The position numbers were made by a program, and so were the translations under genes. A stretch of DNA of 64,000 nt from Schizochytrium sp. TIO01 (lineage: Eukaryota; Protista; Bigyra: Labyrinthulomycetes), in the NCBI GenBank assembly GCA_004764695.1, contig SMSO01000025.1, forward strand, positions 4,256,862 through 4,320,861, in the 5' to 3' direction. Each line of letters starts with the position of its first letter. Positions within the stretch are counted from its first letter, which is position 1. This document shows positions 13,335-25,994 of this stretch, in pieces. Below the pieces are notes generated by a model that was given only the letters and a program-made list of their open reading frames with translations, made no database searches and had not been told where the DNA came from.

Positions 13335-16193
13335 ATGAGTCATTATCACAGGCCCCAAGCAGCAACTCGGCTATCTTTTGCAACGAGCCTGATGTCACAG
13401 AGGCTTGGATGCCTTGTACTTTTCATCTTTGCTCATATCGTTCATGTTAGTGGAAACCCTCTTAAAGTTGGCATCTTAGCAAGCAAAGGTAAAGATGAGG
13501 CGGTTCTTCTTTGGAATAAGACATTTACGGAAGCGCTATCCAACTTGACGGGAGAAACCTTTTCTGTCTCGTATTATGGTTATCAAGAGATGCTGGAACC
13601 AATCGAAAATGGAGAACTTGATCTTGTGTTAGGAAACCCTTTCATTCAAACATGTGCAAATGCGATTGCAAGTGCTGCACCTATCGCAACTCTTCAGAAA
13701 GTTTACGATGGAGTCACTCTTTCAGAGTATGCAGGCGTTTTTCTAGCTCTTGCTTCAAATACAGAGGTCAATGTTATTGAAGATGTCAAGGATAAAGTCA
13801 TCGCTTTGGCTTCGCTAAAAAGCTTCGGAGGAGCCCAAGCTCAATTTCATGCTATGATTGACTCTGAAGCTCATCCATTTCTTTCTCCAACTCAGCTCAA
13901 AGTAACACATAGCCAGTTTAAGGTAGTTGAGGAACTTATAAACGGAACTGCAGATATTGGCTTGTTGCGTATGGACACGCTCGCATCAATGGTACGGAAG
14001 GGGCTGCTTGCTGATATCTCTGATTTTAAAATTCTGAGTCCCATTGCAGCAACAAATGATTTTCCCTATGTTCGTAGCACCGAACTTTACAACGAATGGG
14101 CACTCTTAGCCTTCCCACATGTACCCGAGGAGACCCAAGAAAAGCTAATTGAGGGATTGTTCAAACTTAATCTGAGCGCGACATCTGAGAGCTTGCAAAA
14201 AGCTGGATATTTAAAATTTTCTGCAGCCAAGTCATATTTCGATGTTGCTAATATCGAGCGCCAGCTCGGTATTCTGCACACTGATGTGACTACTAATTCA
14301 GAAACGTGCCGCATTTCCGACAATGACCTCGATACGCTGATTTGCCCTGATGGCTATGCTAAGTATGCAGATGACATTGTTGCCGAACATTGTGCTGAAT
14401 TGGCAGCAAGTAATTCAAAGTATGCTTGCCCAGATGAATATGAATGCATTTGCACGCCATGCCGAAAGTCGCTTCCAGTAGAAGTTTACCCGTTGGATTC
14501 GAGCTACTATCGTGCAGTTGTTAACAATGCAAATTTAAGTACGGAGGACTTTCTAATTAGCCTGGAAGACCCTTGTAGCCGCGTGAAGGTATGCGGTTCC
14601 TGGACCGAGGATGATGACACTTTGACGTTTTTGTTAGTAGACCATGTAGTTGAAGATCGCACGTCAGACTTTGATCCACAGTGGACCTTGCACAGCGACT
14701 CAGAGTCGATCAGTGGAAATGCAACTATGATAAGTGATGATAAAAAGTACTGGATCATTGAGATTCCAGGTCAAGATATTGCATCATTCGTGCTCGAACT
14801 TTTCGACGTTACGACTTCGCTAGATGTGTCCCCTGTTGTCATCAATGTTGATGAGAGGCTTGACACGGGCGATGTAGGCCATTTTATCAGTACAATAGTT
14901 CAGATTTTAGGCGGGGCAACCCTTGCATTGTCTGTTCTTGCAGCTCTGATTTTTCTCATATTCCGCAAGTCTCCAATAGTCAAGTCAAATCGTCTAGATG
15001 TCCTTCTCCTGCAATGTGCTGGATGCATAATGATGGGATACTCCAGCGTTCTTGTTGTTACCTTGGCAACACCTTTAGCTGAAATCCCAGAGGATAGACA
15101 TCACCTTTCTGCAACAGGAGAAACTGCTGTATGTTATCTTGAAGTTGCATTTCCTATGCTTGCATTACACTTGACAATGACAACCTTTTTCGTCAAGTCC
15201 ATTTTCCTTGTCCGTCTATACAAATACATGGCAATGAAGCGTGTCAAATTTACTTCACGGGGCCTTCTCAAAAAGCTGTTGCTCCTAAGTCTTCCAGATA
15301 TTATCATTTCTGTTGCGATGCTTGCAATTACGAGACCCCACGTGAAGAATTATTTGCAAAGATTTTGTCTTTCAAGTACGGACATCGGTGTGCGCCCTTT
15401 TATGCTTGCTTTGACAACCATAAAGATCCCACCGCTGGTTTATGCTGGGTGGGGCGCTTGGCAAACAGAGTCCTTGCCAAAACGTTTCAATAACTCGCGT
15501 TTGCAGTGGATTATTGTGACGATTGGTGTGCTTTATACTGCAATTAGCTTTTTAATTTGGGGTGCTCTAGACGAAAGTGTGACCGCTACGACAAAGAACA
15601 AAGTTGGTGTTTTTATGCTCACCGTTGCGCAATGCGTCTGTGTTCCGAATTTCATAGTTTCACCTGCATGGAGCACGCTTAAAAGCGTTCATCACCGCCG
15701 TCCTGTTCGCTCTGTACTTCGCTCTGTACTGAGCTTATCTAACTCATCAGGCCCGAGTGTTATAATCAATGGTAGTGTTTCAGGCGATGCTACTGTGGCC
15801 CCAAGCGGTTTGAATATTAAGGTGGGCGATGACGAAAAGTCAGAGTCGTTCCAAAATAAGGAAGCACAACAACTTACGATCGATCAACTCCTGGACAGGC
15901 TTGTTGAGGCAGCGCAGAAAAAAGGTAACGAGGTTGATCAGCTTAAAAAAACGCTTGAAACGGAGTCAGGCAAGCTTAATAAACTTCGTGACAAGGTTTT
16001 CACTCTTCGCCGTGAGATGGACGTGCGAAACCAGTCTTCTCTAGCCGCATTTGCGTTTAAGGGCAAACTTGTTTCCTCGTACCGTCCTCGGGGTTCGTCT
16101 GTCCTTGGTGGGAAACGCAACTCGTCGGTGGGATCCCCTGTCCATTCGCCAGGATCGGTTGGCTCAGTCGCTTCGATTGATGAAATCAAATAA
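13335..16193 (+). CDS. Class-C-like 7TM receptor with N-terminal PhnD/TtrS-type (Phosphonate-bd) ligand-binding domain, Cys-rich linker and C-terminal coiled coil
   Basis: Signal peptide after ATG 13392 (or 13335); VGILA..G..W, SFGG, STELYNEW PBP motifs; about 7 hydrophobic helices with class-C-like RKSPIVKS and LPKRFNNS segments; heptad-rich tail. Confidence 0.85.
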   Translation: MSHYHRPQAATRLSFATSLMSQRLGCLVLFIFAHIVHVSGNPLKVGILASKGKDEAVLLWNKTFTEALSNLTGETFSVSYYGYQEMLEPIENGELDLVLGNPFIQTCANAIASAAPIATLQKVYDGVTLSEYAGVFLALASNTEVNVIEDVKDKVIALASLKSFGGAQAQFHAMIDSEAHPFLSPTQLKVTHSQFKVVEELINGTADIGLLRMDTLASMVRKGLLADISDFKILSPIAATNDFPYVRSTELYNEWALLAFPHVPEETQEKLIEGLFKLNLSATSESLQKAGYLKFSAAKSYFDVANIERQLGILHTDVTTNSETCRISDNDLDTLICPDGYAKYADDIVAEHCAELAASNSKYACPDEYECICTPCRKSLPVEVYPLDSSYYRAVVNNANLSTEDFLISLEDPCSRVKVCGSWTEDDDTLTFLLVDHVVEDRTSDFDPQWTLHSDSESISGNATMISDDKKYWIIEIPGQDIASFVLELFDVTTSLDVSPVVINVDERLDTGDVGHFISTIVQILGGATLALSVLAALIFLIFRKSPIVKSNRLDVLLLQCAGCIMMGYSSVLVVTLATPLAEIPEDRHHLSATGETAVCYLEVAFPMLALHLTMTTFFVKSIFLVRLYKYMAMKRVKFTSRGLLKKLLLLSLPDIIISVAMLAITRPHVKNYLQRFCLSSTDIGVRPFMLALTTIKIPPLVYAGWGAWQTESLPKRFNNSRLQWIIVTIGVLYTAISFLIWGALDESVTATTKNKVGVFMLTVAQCVCVPNFIVSPAWSTLKSVHHRRPVRSVLRSVLSLSNSSGPSVIINGSVSGDATVAPSGLNIKVGDDEKSESFQNKEAQQLTIDQLLDRLVEAAQKKGNEVDQLKKTLETESGKLNKLRDKVFTLRREMDVRNQSSLAAFAFKGKLVSSYRPRGSSVLGGKRNSSVGSPVHSPGSVGSVASIDEIK

Positions 16194-16289
16194 TATTCCT
16201 TAATTTAATTTGGGATTACGCTGATGGAATGTTATGGTAAAACAAATAAATTGGTCCTTTCGACGAATCATCAATTGTGTATTGTACCC

Positions 16290-16780
16290 GAGGAAAAGTT
16301 GTCACATTGAGATGCACAGATGCCCATTAAGGCTAAGAACGGACATAACTTTAGTTAGAATAAAACTACCCTTGTCATTGTATTGAAGACGAGCTTCGCC
16401 TCCAACAACCAGTCTTCTTCAATTTAAATTGTAAACTTAAAAATCATTTAACATCAACTTTGATCATGATGAAGAAGGCCTTTTCTGTTGCTAATACATC
16501 AACACAAAGTGTTTCAAGCTTCGGCTAATGGCTACAAGTTCTTTTTGATGATAAACTACGTATATGTTTCTAGAAAGCCTGGATGTATAATTGTTGTATA
16601 TAACCAGTTCGATCACTCTTAACCCTCTCTTTCAGATTACCCACGATACATTTGTGAAATATAAACAGAAATATGTTTCTCTCTACTAAATTGTGAAAGA
16701 CTGCTTGCACTTCAGTTGTGTTCAAAACTATTCTCACTACTTTTCTAAAAGCCCTTTCTACCTAATGCAACGTTAAAGTA
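16290..16780 (+). pseudogene. Eroded ankyrin-repeat-like relic between convergent GPCR and RAB2 3' ends
   Basis: AKNGH (16332), ASANGY (16518); short matches only, and some minus-strand look-alikes here. Confidence 0.3.
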
Positions 16781-16877
16781 GAGATCAAATGAAGAAGATG
16801 CAACTATGATAACAGCTCCAGCCAGCAAAATTTGGAGCAGCGTAAACTCATTTGTCTTTTGAGATGCTTGTTTAGTT

Positions 16878-16907
16878 GATAGATAGATAGATCGATCGAT
16901 AGATAGA
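16878..16907. repeat. (GATA)/(GATC) compound microsatellite
   Basis: Directly visible. Confidence 0.9.
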
Positions 16908-16999
16908 TTGGTTGTCTGGTTGTTTAATTGTTTAATTGTTTAATTGATTGATTGAACAAAATGAAAGACGGGCAAAAAGTGCAAAATTCTTCATCATAC

Positions 17000-17698
<699 letters not shown>

Positions 17699-18343
17699 TC
17701 ACAAAACTAGTCCCAGCTGAAGACAAAGATCTTCTCCAAGAGCAGAATCTCAATCTAAAATAGCCAATAAACGTCTACGTACGCAGGCAAATTCGTCCCA
17801 GCCAAAATACTGAGGAGTCTGGCGTGCAGATCGATCAATAAATGCGACAATTCGATCTATAGATATTAGATAGATAAAAAATCTATCAGATACCTAGACC
17901 TTCGAGCTCTAGCTTCGCTGGCTCAGTAGCTCTCCTCCCTCCAGGTGAACTTCGGGCGAGACTCTTTCTCGCTCTGAGTAGATCGGCTATCTCTTTGGCT
18001 CGTGAGAGCTAGAGGAGCAGCACAGAGGCTCTCTGTCGCGGAGTGGAGCTGTCGAGATGGCCACGTCGGCGGGGCTCGACGCTGATGCGGGACCGGCCAA
18101 GCGGGTCGGACTCTTGCACAGTGCGAGCTCAGAACGAGTGAACAGCGGCAATAGAGCACTGCCAGAACGCGTTACGGGCTCCTGCGCCTGGGTCGCTCGC
18201 CAGGTCCACCGCGGGCTCGCGCAGATTTGTCTGTCTGTCTGTCTCTGTCTGATTCACTTCGATCGCGCTTTCTCTTTCTCTTTCTCTTTCTTTTTCTTTT
18301 TCTCTTTCTTTCTCTGTGCTCAATACTGTATATAGCAAACAAC

Positions 18344-21060
18344 AACAATCATGGAAACCTAGCTACGCATACGTACCTCCTATACTCCTCTTTCTTCGAG
18401 CCCCATAAGTCACTTATAGCGCTTTACTCCACTTGCAGCGCGTCCGTTACTATAGGGTATTCCAGCACGAAGTGGACTTTAAGCGGGTTCTTCGTTAGCT
18501 CCATTTCCGCTCTCTCCACTGTTTAGAACTTTATTTCTTCAGGATAGGGCATTCGAAGGGTACGTATGCTAAGAGGAAACTTTCAATCGATCGTGGGAAA
18601 GTAAACAAACTCAAAGAAATGGTCCTCTATCATTTATACTGAGGGATCGATTGCCCTTTAGCTCCAAACAACTTTATGTGCTGATTTGTTTTATATTTGA
18701 TAATTATATTTTATTCTATTTTGCAAAGAAGAAGAAGAAGAAGAAGAAGAAGAAGAATATCAATAACTATCTCCATAGCACCACATAGCGAATTTAGTAG
18801 GGTGTGGAGTGTTCCTAAAAACATTCTTACTGTATCGTACCTAACGCAAGGCGAAAGAAGAACTTCTTCTTAGACTTTGGGTAAACTTCTTTCGCCCCAG
18901 CATTTCACCCCCTTCGCCACGCGTGGATGGCTGTGGCATGGCGCTGGGGTGTCAAACCACCTCGTTACAGTGCACGAGCGCTTTCATGCGCCCTGAACTC
19001 ATCATCTCTGGAGACGATTGGCCAAGTTTCCGCAGAGAAGGGTTGTCTATCGAAAGCAGCAAAACTCGCTAAAACCGAGGAGGGATAGACTCCTATTGTA
19101 TTCGGTAAGTACCCCTATCTCGCTGTACCAAGCAGAAAGCAAATTGCGGAGTTGGTGAACTTAGTTCAACGAGTTGGACCATCGTCGTTATTCAAGCGCG
19201 GCCTATCACACGATGTGAGGGGCATCGTGGCCTGAATGGGCAGCCTGAGAGCATCAACGCTTGCTTAGTCGGCACCAACGAGCGATGTTGTCGCACACAT
19301 CCATAACTAAACTCTGTCTACCTTGAAGCATGATTTGTTGATGAGTTTAACAATTTGTTTAGTCGTACACCATCGTAGCACTGCCTATTAGGAACATAGA
19401 GGTCAAGAAGAAATAAATAAATAATATTCTGTTCTGTTTCAATGACGAATAAATGAATGAGTAGGTGCATTCAAGATGCATTGAATGGCCAGAGTTTGCT
19501 GCCTTCGATGGGACGTTCTGCTGCAACACCTTCGATTCCTGGTCAGTGAGTGTAAGATCAGTTATAGACCAAGTCAAACTCTCTTGTATTGTTGCTGCTT
19601 CACTTCTTGTTTTATTGTTTCCATTTCTGTTTTATTTTAGTCTATTTCTTCTTCTCATTTCTTTTCATTGTCGAAGTACTTCGTAACTTCTTTTTTTAAT
19701 TAAACTTTTTTTCTTTCTCAAATCTACCTTAAAAGAGGCGACGGAGCTTCTGCTTTATGGGGAGGAGGTAGAGAATGTTAAGGTGGCCAGAGTGCGCCAT
19801 CGCCCTGACGCACGTGGACCTCCGTGAAGACGCGACAGTTGATGAGAAGCAAGACAAACTCACGGAGAACTCGAAACAGATGAGACAAAAGCGCCCTACT
19901 CAATCCTTAGCAACTTTCTGCAAGGTCTTGCAGGATTTCACGTGAGGTGCACGCTGGCGGCTGCAGTTTCAACAGTTTCTTTGCCTCAACCATTCTAATC
20001 TCTCATTCAATGACATCGTTGACGGTGTTAAAAAATTAAAACAAGGAAGAACTGAAGGAGGTGCATGTAGGTGAGTCATCCAAAGACTGTTAGGCAATGG
20101 GCTCGCACTTGCTCAAACTCTCTGCGTGTTCAAAAGAATTAGTACTCTGTTAGATTTTTTTCCATTTGGACATACTCTTACAATTCAGTCAGAAAACTTG
20201 CGCTGCTGCGCGGTGCTACTGGGATGATAATTGAAAATGGGTCATTCAATCTTGACACCAAGTTAGCGCAGCGGCCTTCAGCTCAATTCTATCTGCTCAA
20301 AATTAAAAGTTGCCCGTGTCTTCATATTTTGTAAATTGCATTACATTCACAAATGCCGTTCACATGCCTGCAGCTAGGACCAAGTTTCGTTTGGAGGAAA
20401 ACCTTATGCACGTCGTAAGAACCCAATTTAGATACTTAGCACTGCAGGGGAGGGGTACAATTTAGAATGGTGGTTGCAATAGCTCATGTTGATCATTTTA
20501 CGATATGTTTTTTCTTGTTTAGGTTGTTTTTTGAGGTGAGGGGAGGCTTCAAGCGCAATCGAAGATAATCGAGATCCAAGTGCTCTAGAAAGTCTCCTCT
20601 CTCAGGGTTATTGTTATAGATGTGGTAGATGAAGAGGAAGTGAGATGTTGAATAAGAAGGGAAAGAGAGAAAGTTGGGTTCTTTGATGTATTTTTGGTCC
20701 ACAATTATTCCACCACCACTGCTGCGATCACCATCGTATTCAGCAACACGAATCGTTTTTTCTTCATTATGAAAAGAAGCTTCGTTGTAGTGAAAAAGCG
20801 AACCAAGAGCTCGGATAATGTATTTCCACGTTTCCGCAATTTCGATAGTCAAGGTCCACCCAAGGAAGCAAAGGAAAATAAACCTTAAACGAGTTGTCTC
20901 AAACTTTCCGATTACCCTTCTAGCCACGCGAGGTGACAATGCAGAAGTAATGTATGCAGCAGGAGAACCATACCCACGAAGACGAAGAGAACAGCACAGT
21001 GACTCCAGCTCCAAACAGCCGTATGAATAGCATCAACCATTTGGTCTGTGGCCTAAAGAA
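18344..21060 (+). pseudogene. Eroded ankyrin-repeat coding relics
   Basis: NNHGNLATH (18344), RALSCALNSSSLETI (18975), AKTEEG*TPIVF (19068), FAAFDG (19495), DQVKLSCIVAAS (19567), NFPITLLATRGDNAEV (20902). Confidence 0.55.
18725..18756. repeat. (GAA)n microsatellite
   Basis: Directly visible. Confidence 0.9.
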
Positions 21061-21311
21061 CACATAAAAGTGAGCATCTGACGATGTCGACCAGATGTTC
21101 CAATAATGTGAGTGAGTCTATTCGTCTAGCCAACGCAAGCAGGGTGGCACACACAAGCATCAGATCATATATCTAAGTATCTATATATTCGGATGAAATG
21201 CGACAATGCGAAAATAGCAGAGTACGAAAGTATGAGGAGCGGCAGACATAAAGCAGCGCTCACAATGACGGCAAGCACTATTCCCGTCAGTACCTATAAA
21301 ATAAACATTTC

Positions 21312-23187
21312 TTACTCGCGCACAAACGGCTCGATGGTCATTTCCAAGACAGTGCACGGGAACGGGATGGAGAAGTTCTGCAGAACCTCGACGTGGAGGA
21401 CACCAAAGGATCCAAGCTCAGTGAAGTTGTTGTGGCCGTGCGGCTTCCACATAATGGTCGCGCCGCGTCCAGGCAAGTACATGCGGTCCTCGTCGCGCAT
21501 GACAAGCTTGTACTCGCCAATAGACGCACCGTCAGAGATGAGGGTCTGCACAAGAGCACTATCATGGGCCTCGGGGCAGTAGTCCTTGGCTGGCACCACG
21601 GAGAGCACCTGCATGAGACGATCCACAAGGCCGTGGATGGTCTCAAAGCTGGAAGCAAGCCCTGCGTGAAGGGCAGCAACGTGGCGTTCATTGCGGCATC
21701 CAATATCCTTCTGATCCGGAGTGCGCGGGTCGCGGAGGACAACGTCGGAGACCTCAAAAAGGCGAATTCCCTCAGAGATCTTGAGCGACATGTTGTCTCC
21801 AAGAGTCTTGATAAGTCCCGGGAGCAGCGATGTGCGGACACACTGAAACTCAACCGTCTTGGGGTTGGCAAGCGTCACCGCAAGGTTTCCAGGGTCCTCG
21901 TGGTTGAGGAACTTAAAGTTCTCGTCAAGAGAACAGAGTCCGAGAGTCATACCCTCCATGTATCCCTGGCGACTGATCTCGAAGCGCAAAAGGTCGCTCA
22001 GAAGGTTCACGGGAAGCTCCTTGCCGGGTCTGTGCGACACGGGCACAGTCTTGACAATGTTGTTGTATCCATACGCAATTGCGATATCCTCCGCGATATC
22101 CACCTCATGAAGAATATCACTGCGGGTCACAGGCACCGTAACTGTGAGCACAGTCTCGTCATCATTAAGAGTCGCAGGTCCGAGCTGCATACGTTCTACA
22201 AGAGCCTGCATTTCCTGAGCAGGGACTTCTGCACCAATGGTGCTCTGTACCCTCTGCACGAGAGCATCAGCGGGTCTTGTAGAGAGGTCAGGGCAAGTCA
22301 TTTCCGACACAGGTTCCGTGCATCCTCCAGGAAGAACAGGCTCCTCGTAAACAACATCAACAGTCTCCACACTCTCGGGATCATCACAGTAGCGGGCAAA
22401 CATGGCCACGATCGTGTTGAGCACAATCTTGGCCTTGGTCATATCCGTTGCCGTGCACTCAATGAACATGTTCCTGGTGTCCTTGGAGATCTTGGACTTG
22501 GAACCGTTGATGATAGGCGGCAACGAGAGGACCTCACGGTTGCTGTCGTAGATCACAGGGTACACAGGCGAATCGTAGATGATGTCAGTGTAGGGCTTGA
22601 GGTGCTTGCGCTCGGGGTTGACGCGGAAGTCGTCGAGGATCTCACGGGCGTTCATGGCCTGTGACTCAAAGAGGTGCACGAAGTTAATGTCCTCGGGAGC
22701 AAGTGCCTCGTACGAGAACGGGCCTGAGATGGAGTCGAGGTCGTGGGTGCCGATGGCCACAAGCGTGCGGCGACGGCAAAGGTTCCTGTGCAGCTGGTCC
22801 TGAAGGTCAAGGCAGCTCTGGTAGGATTCCTGAGTGAGGTTGAGGCCACGGAGAACGGCACAGACCACAAAAGGCCTGATCTGCTTCGTGGATGGTTTGA
22901 CGGTCACACGGGTCGCGGCGGCATCGGCGGGAGCCACAGTGCGGAAGACAGGTGCCTTCTCCTCAGACTTGAAAACGCGGAGAGCACGGGCAAGACCTTC
23001 AAGACAGAGGAGGTCGTAGCGGTTGGCGGGGAATATCAATCTTGTAGATGACAGTGCCGTCGTCCTCTTCCTCCACGTCATCGAGCTCGATGCCAAAGTC
23101 AAAGCAAAGCTGATCGAAGGCCTCCTCGGAGTACTCGCGGCCCAACTCGCGAAAGAGAGAGGCGCGGTTCACGCTCACGACGGGCAT
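21312..23187 (-). CDS. FARSB: Cytosolic phenylalanyl-tRNA synthetase beta subunit, with a 1-nt frameshift at 23028-23031
   Basis: MPVVSV...FGIELD...KIDIP (ORF 22999-23187) joins ANRYDLLCLEG (ORF 21312-23102) if one C of CCCC is removed; AIGTHDLD, LSLPPIING, RSDILHEVDIAEDIAIAYGYNN. Confidence 0.95.
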
Positions 23188-24003
23188 CTTTGAAAGTCAC
23201 ACACGTAGGCAATCACGAGACAGCTATACCGGTTCTAGGGCCTCGTCCTCCGCTTTCTTGCGACCGCAAGCGAACAGGAAATGGACGAACGAACGTCGCC
23301 GCAAAAGGAGATTCGAGTTTGCTTTCTGTCAACCTATTTATTCTCTACTTTACGCGCCTCCGTTTCTCTATTGGCTAACCCTACACTTCACTTGCGCCTC
23401 CATTCTCTACTGTGCAATACTTCATTTACCATACACTACTTTCACACTCATTCATTCTCAACTCAACAAAATCAAGATCATCATCATATTCTGTAAATCA
23501 TTCATTCACGAGGCACCTGTTCCAATGCCACCCCCATATTGCCGCCATTTGTTCTTTCACCGTTCTTTTACTGCTATCTTGCAATTGATGGATGCTATGC
23601 TACCGTCCTCTCCTACCTATTATTCTATAGGCAGAGCCTGCGCGAGGATATCCTGTGTTTGAGATATTCCATGATATCCTGCGATAGAGATTGCATTGCA
23701 AATGTTCTGGTCTTTGCTGCAGCCAGCTTTTCAGAGGCTCTTGGGCTGGCAAAGAAGCGTGGCAAAGAGGAGCGAAGAGGACGAAGATGCGGGAGAAGGG
23801 CGGCTTTGGGTCAAGATAAAGGTCACAAGGATTGGGGAAGGATTGAATGAAGAGGAACCGAGGAAAGACACGGGAAGGCGCTTGGAATGTGCAGGGAATG
23901 GATGATGTGCAGGAAAGGCGGAATTCCGGGAAAGGGGGGACAATAAGGAGGAGTTCCGAGAAGTTTTTTTCTGCTAATTTCTACTCATCGTTCAGGGACA
24001 TAT

Positions 24004-24028
24004 TATATATATATATATATATATATAT
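24004..24028. repeat. (AT)n microsatellite
   Basis: Directly visible. Confidence 0.9.
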
Positions 24029-24605
24029 TATCAGGAAGGAATAATTAATTAGAATTTGAGATGAAGGACTCTGGCGGCAATGGAGAGCTTTAGGATGGTG
24101 GTTGGCGAATGGGGGAATGCGTAGTGATTGTCACAATGGTTTATAATATAGATGAAGGTTTATTTATGTATGGGTGAAAGGAATAGAAAATCAATTTATC
24201 GTGATAATTACGGATAGAGTGTAGCGATTCTTTGTAAGGCCGCTTTGCAATACCTGGCAGATTGAAAGATGACAAGGAGGGGAGCAAACAGCGAGACGAC
24301 GTTATGGAGAAGGCTGCTGAGATGACTGGGACTGAAAAGTTAACTGTGCATTTCTAGACTCAACCACAATCCTAATACATATCCCTATTTTCTAAATATT
24401 TTGCCTAACGCATCTGACATCGTCAGGCTTCTACCAGCTAGTTCCCAGAACTTGCCCAATCTAGTCTACTGATTTAAATGGGACTGTACCAATTAGAAAA
24501 AAGAAAAAGAAAAAAGGTCCGGAAATGGGCTAAAATGGTTCCTGCTAAAGATTAAATCTAACATACATGTTCATTTATTTTATGTGCGTATATATAAGGC
24601 ATTCA

Positions 24606-25994
24606 TCAAAGGTCATCCCAGTCAAGCTGCTGTAGCCACTTTCCGGGTCTGTTCTTTGGCTTATTTCTGTTAATAACAGTAGCTGGTGGGGTCCAGGGTA
24701 TTGCAGTACCAGGTGGTGCCTGGGGTGGCCGTACAGCAGTCTCGAAAGGGATGCTGGCATCAACTTGGTTTGGTCTTAATTTTTCAGCCCTTTTACGATG
24801 CAAATGCACTTCTTCTTTGTCGTCTTCATCTTCATCACTGCTATGATAACTGAATGTATCCATATCACCCCCCTGGATACGAACTTGAGCAAGTCTTTTT
24901 GCACGACGGGATCTCTCACCCCATAGATCTTCGCAAAGAACTTGGACAGGGTCTTTTACTGTCTCACTTGCGTCATCAATTCCGTCGCTTTCATCCTCTC
25001 CCTCATCAATTGTCTGCAAAGCGGTCTCATCATTCTCAACTCTTGAATCATTGTCACTCTCATCGTCATCACTAGAATTGCCATGGTTTTCCTCTGAATC
25101 ACTATTGTCTTGTTCTCTCGGTCTTACGTTATCACCTCTTATTCTATAAAGTTCAGCTTTAGAGGAAGAGGATGATGATAGGTCTGGGTTTCGGTTCCGA
25201 AGTGACCACGGTTTTATAGGTAAAATTGGAAGATTTATATCATCCTCATCCAGTATTTCATTTTCCTGATTAACATTAGTATGGCTGTCTTTCGCGCCAT
25301 CACCAACATGTGCATCATCAGTTTCATTAACAGGGCGAAGCGGGGGAATAAGCCGCGGAGAATCGCATAAAACCCTATTGTGATAGCTTTTGTTCTGTGA
25401 AGCAACATTGAGAAGCTCGTCTGGTTTTGAAATGGTCTCCATCTCAAGCTCAAATGCGTTATCAAAGTTTTCAAATGTCCTCAAAGCTGTCAGTGGCGAT
25501 GCTGTACCAATACTCCCTTCGTATGGCTCTCGATGATTGATCGCTAGCGCGGACTTGTCCAATATTTCTCGATCATGGACTATTGCTGATTTATTATCAC
25601 CTTGCTCCAAAGCAGTTTGTAGTATGTTGATTTCTTCGAAGGCAGCTTGACGATCTCGAAGCACTTTGCGCAGCTTCCGATGAGCGCGATCCAAACGGCC
25701 CTCGGCGCGGGCAGCCCGAGCTGATTCCTTTTTTGCAATGGCCTCCGCCTGCTCTCTATGTAGCTCTTCTATGGCTTGCTTATTTTCAGCATCTGCCAGC
25801 TGTGTGGCTGCGAGATGAAGAGACTCTGAGAGATCCTGCACATCTTGCTCAAGATCCGCATTCCTCTGCATCAATTCATCAATCTCCTTTTGCATCCCAG
25901 TACGAATAGCCTCGCTTTCCTCGAGTCTCTCAAGAAGCTCTTCGGCGGCTGCGAGGGCCTCCTCTTCAGCTGGACTCGCCTCTTGATGTGCCAT
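24606..25994 (-). CDS. Hypothetical protein: N-terminal coiled coil, acidic low-complexity C-terminal part
   Basis: About 460-codon ORF, heptad-rich first ~140 aa; first ATG 25994. Confidence 0.75.
   Translation of the reverse strand: MAHQEASPAEEEALAAAEELLERLEESEAIRTGMQKEIDELMQRNADLEQDVQDLSESLHLAATQLADAENKQAIEELHREQAEAIAKKESARAARAEGRLDRAHRKLRKVLRDRQAAFEEINILQTALEQGDNKSAIVHDREILDKSALAINHREPYEGSIGTASPLTALRTFENFDNAFELEMETISKPDELLNVASQNKSYHNRVLCDSPRLIPPLRPVNETDDAHVGDGAKDSHTNVNQENEILDEDDINLPILPIKPWSLRNRNPDLSSSSSSKAELYRIRGDNVRPREQDNSDSEENHGNSSDDDESDNDSRVENDETALQTIDEGEDESDGIDDASETVKDPVQVLCEDLWGERSRRAKRLAQVRIQGGDMDTFSYHSSDEDEDDKEEVHLHRKRAEKLRPNQVDASIPFETAVRPPQAPPGTAIPWTPPATVINRNKPKNRPGKWLQQLDWDDL

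Noticed and set aside
16741-16860. Minus-strand ankyrin look-alikes (NFAGWSCYHS, HLLHLI)
   Set aside because: Taken as an informal control showing the chance background; recorded as a caveat on the main finding, not as features
19104-19111. TACTTACC on the minus strand resembling the U1 snRNA 5' end
   Set aside because: No U1 stem-loops or Sm site follow; it is simply the complement of GGTAAGTA
20493-21014. 173-aa minus-strand ORF
   Set aside because: Non-ATG start and no recognisable family; the opposite strand gives an ankyrin-like fragment instead
21393-22664. 423-aa + strand ORF
   Set aside because: Antisense shadow of the codon-biased FARSB gene; no recognisable domain
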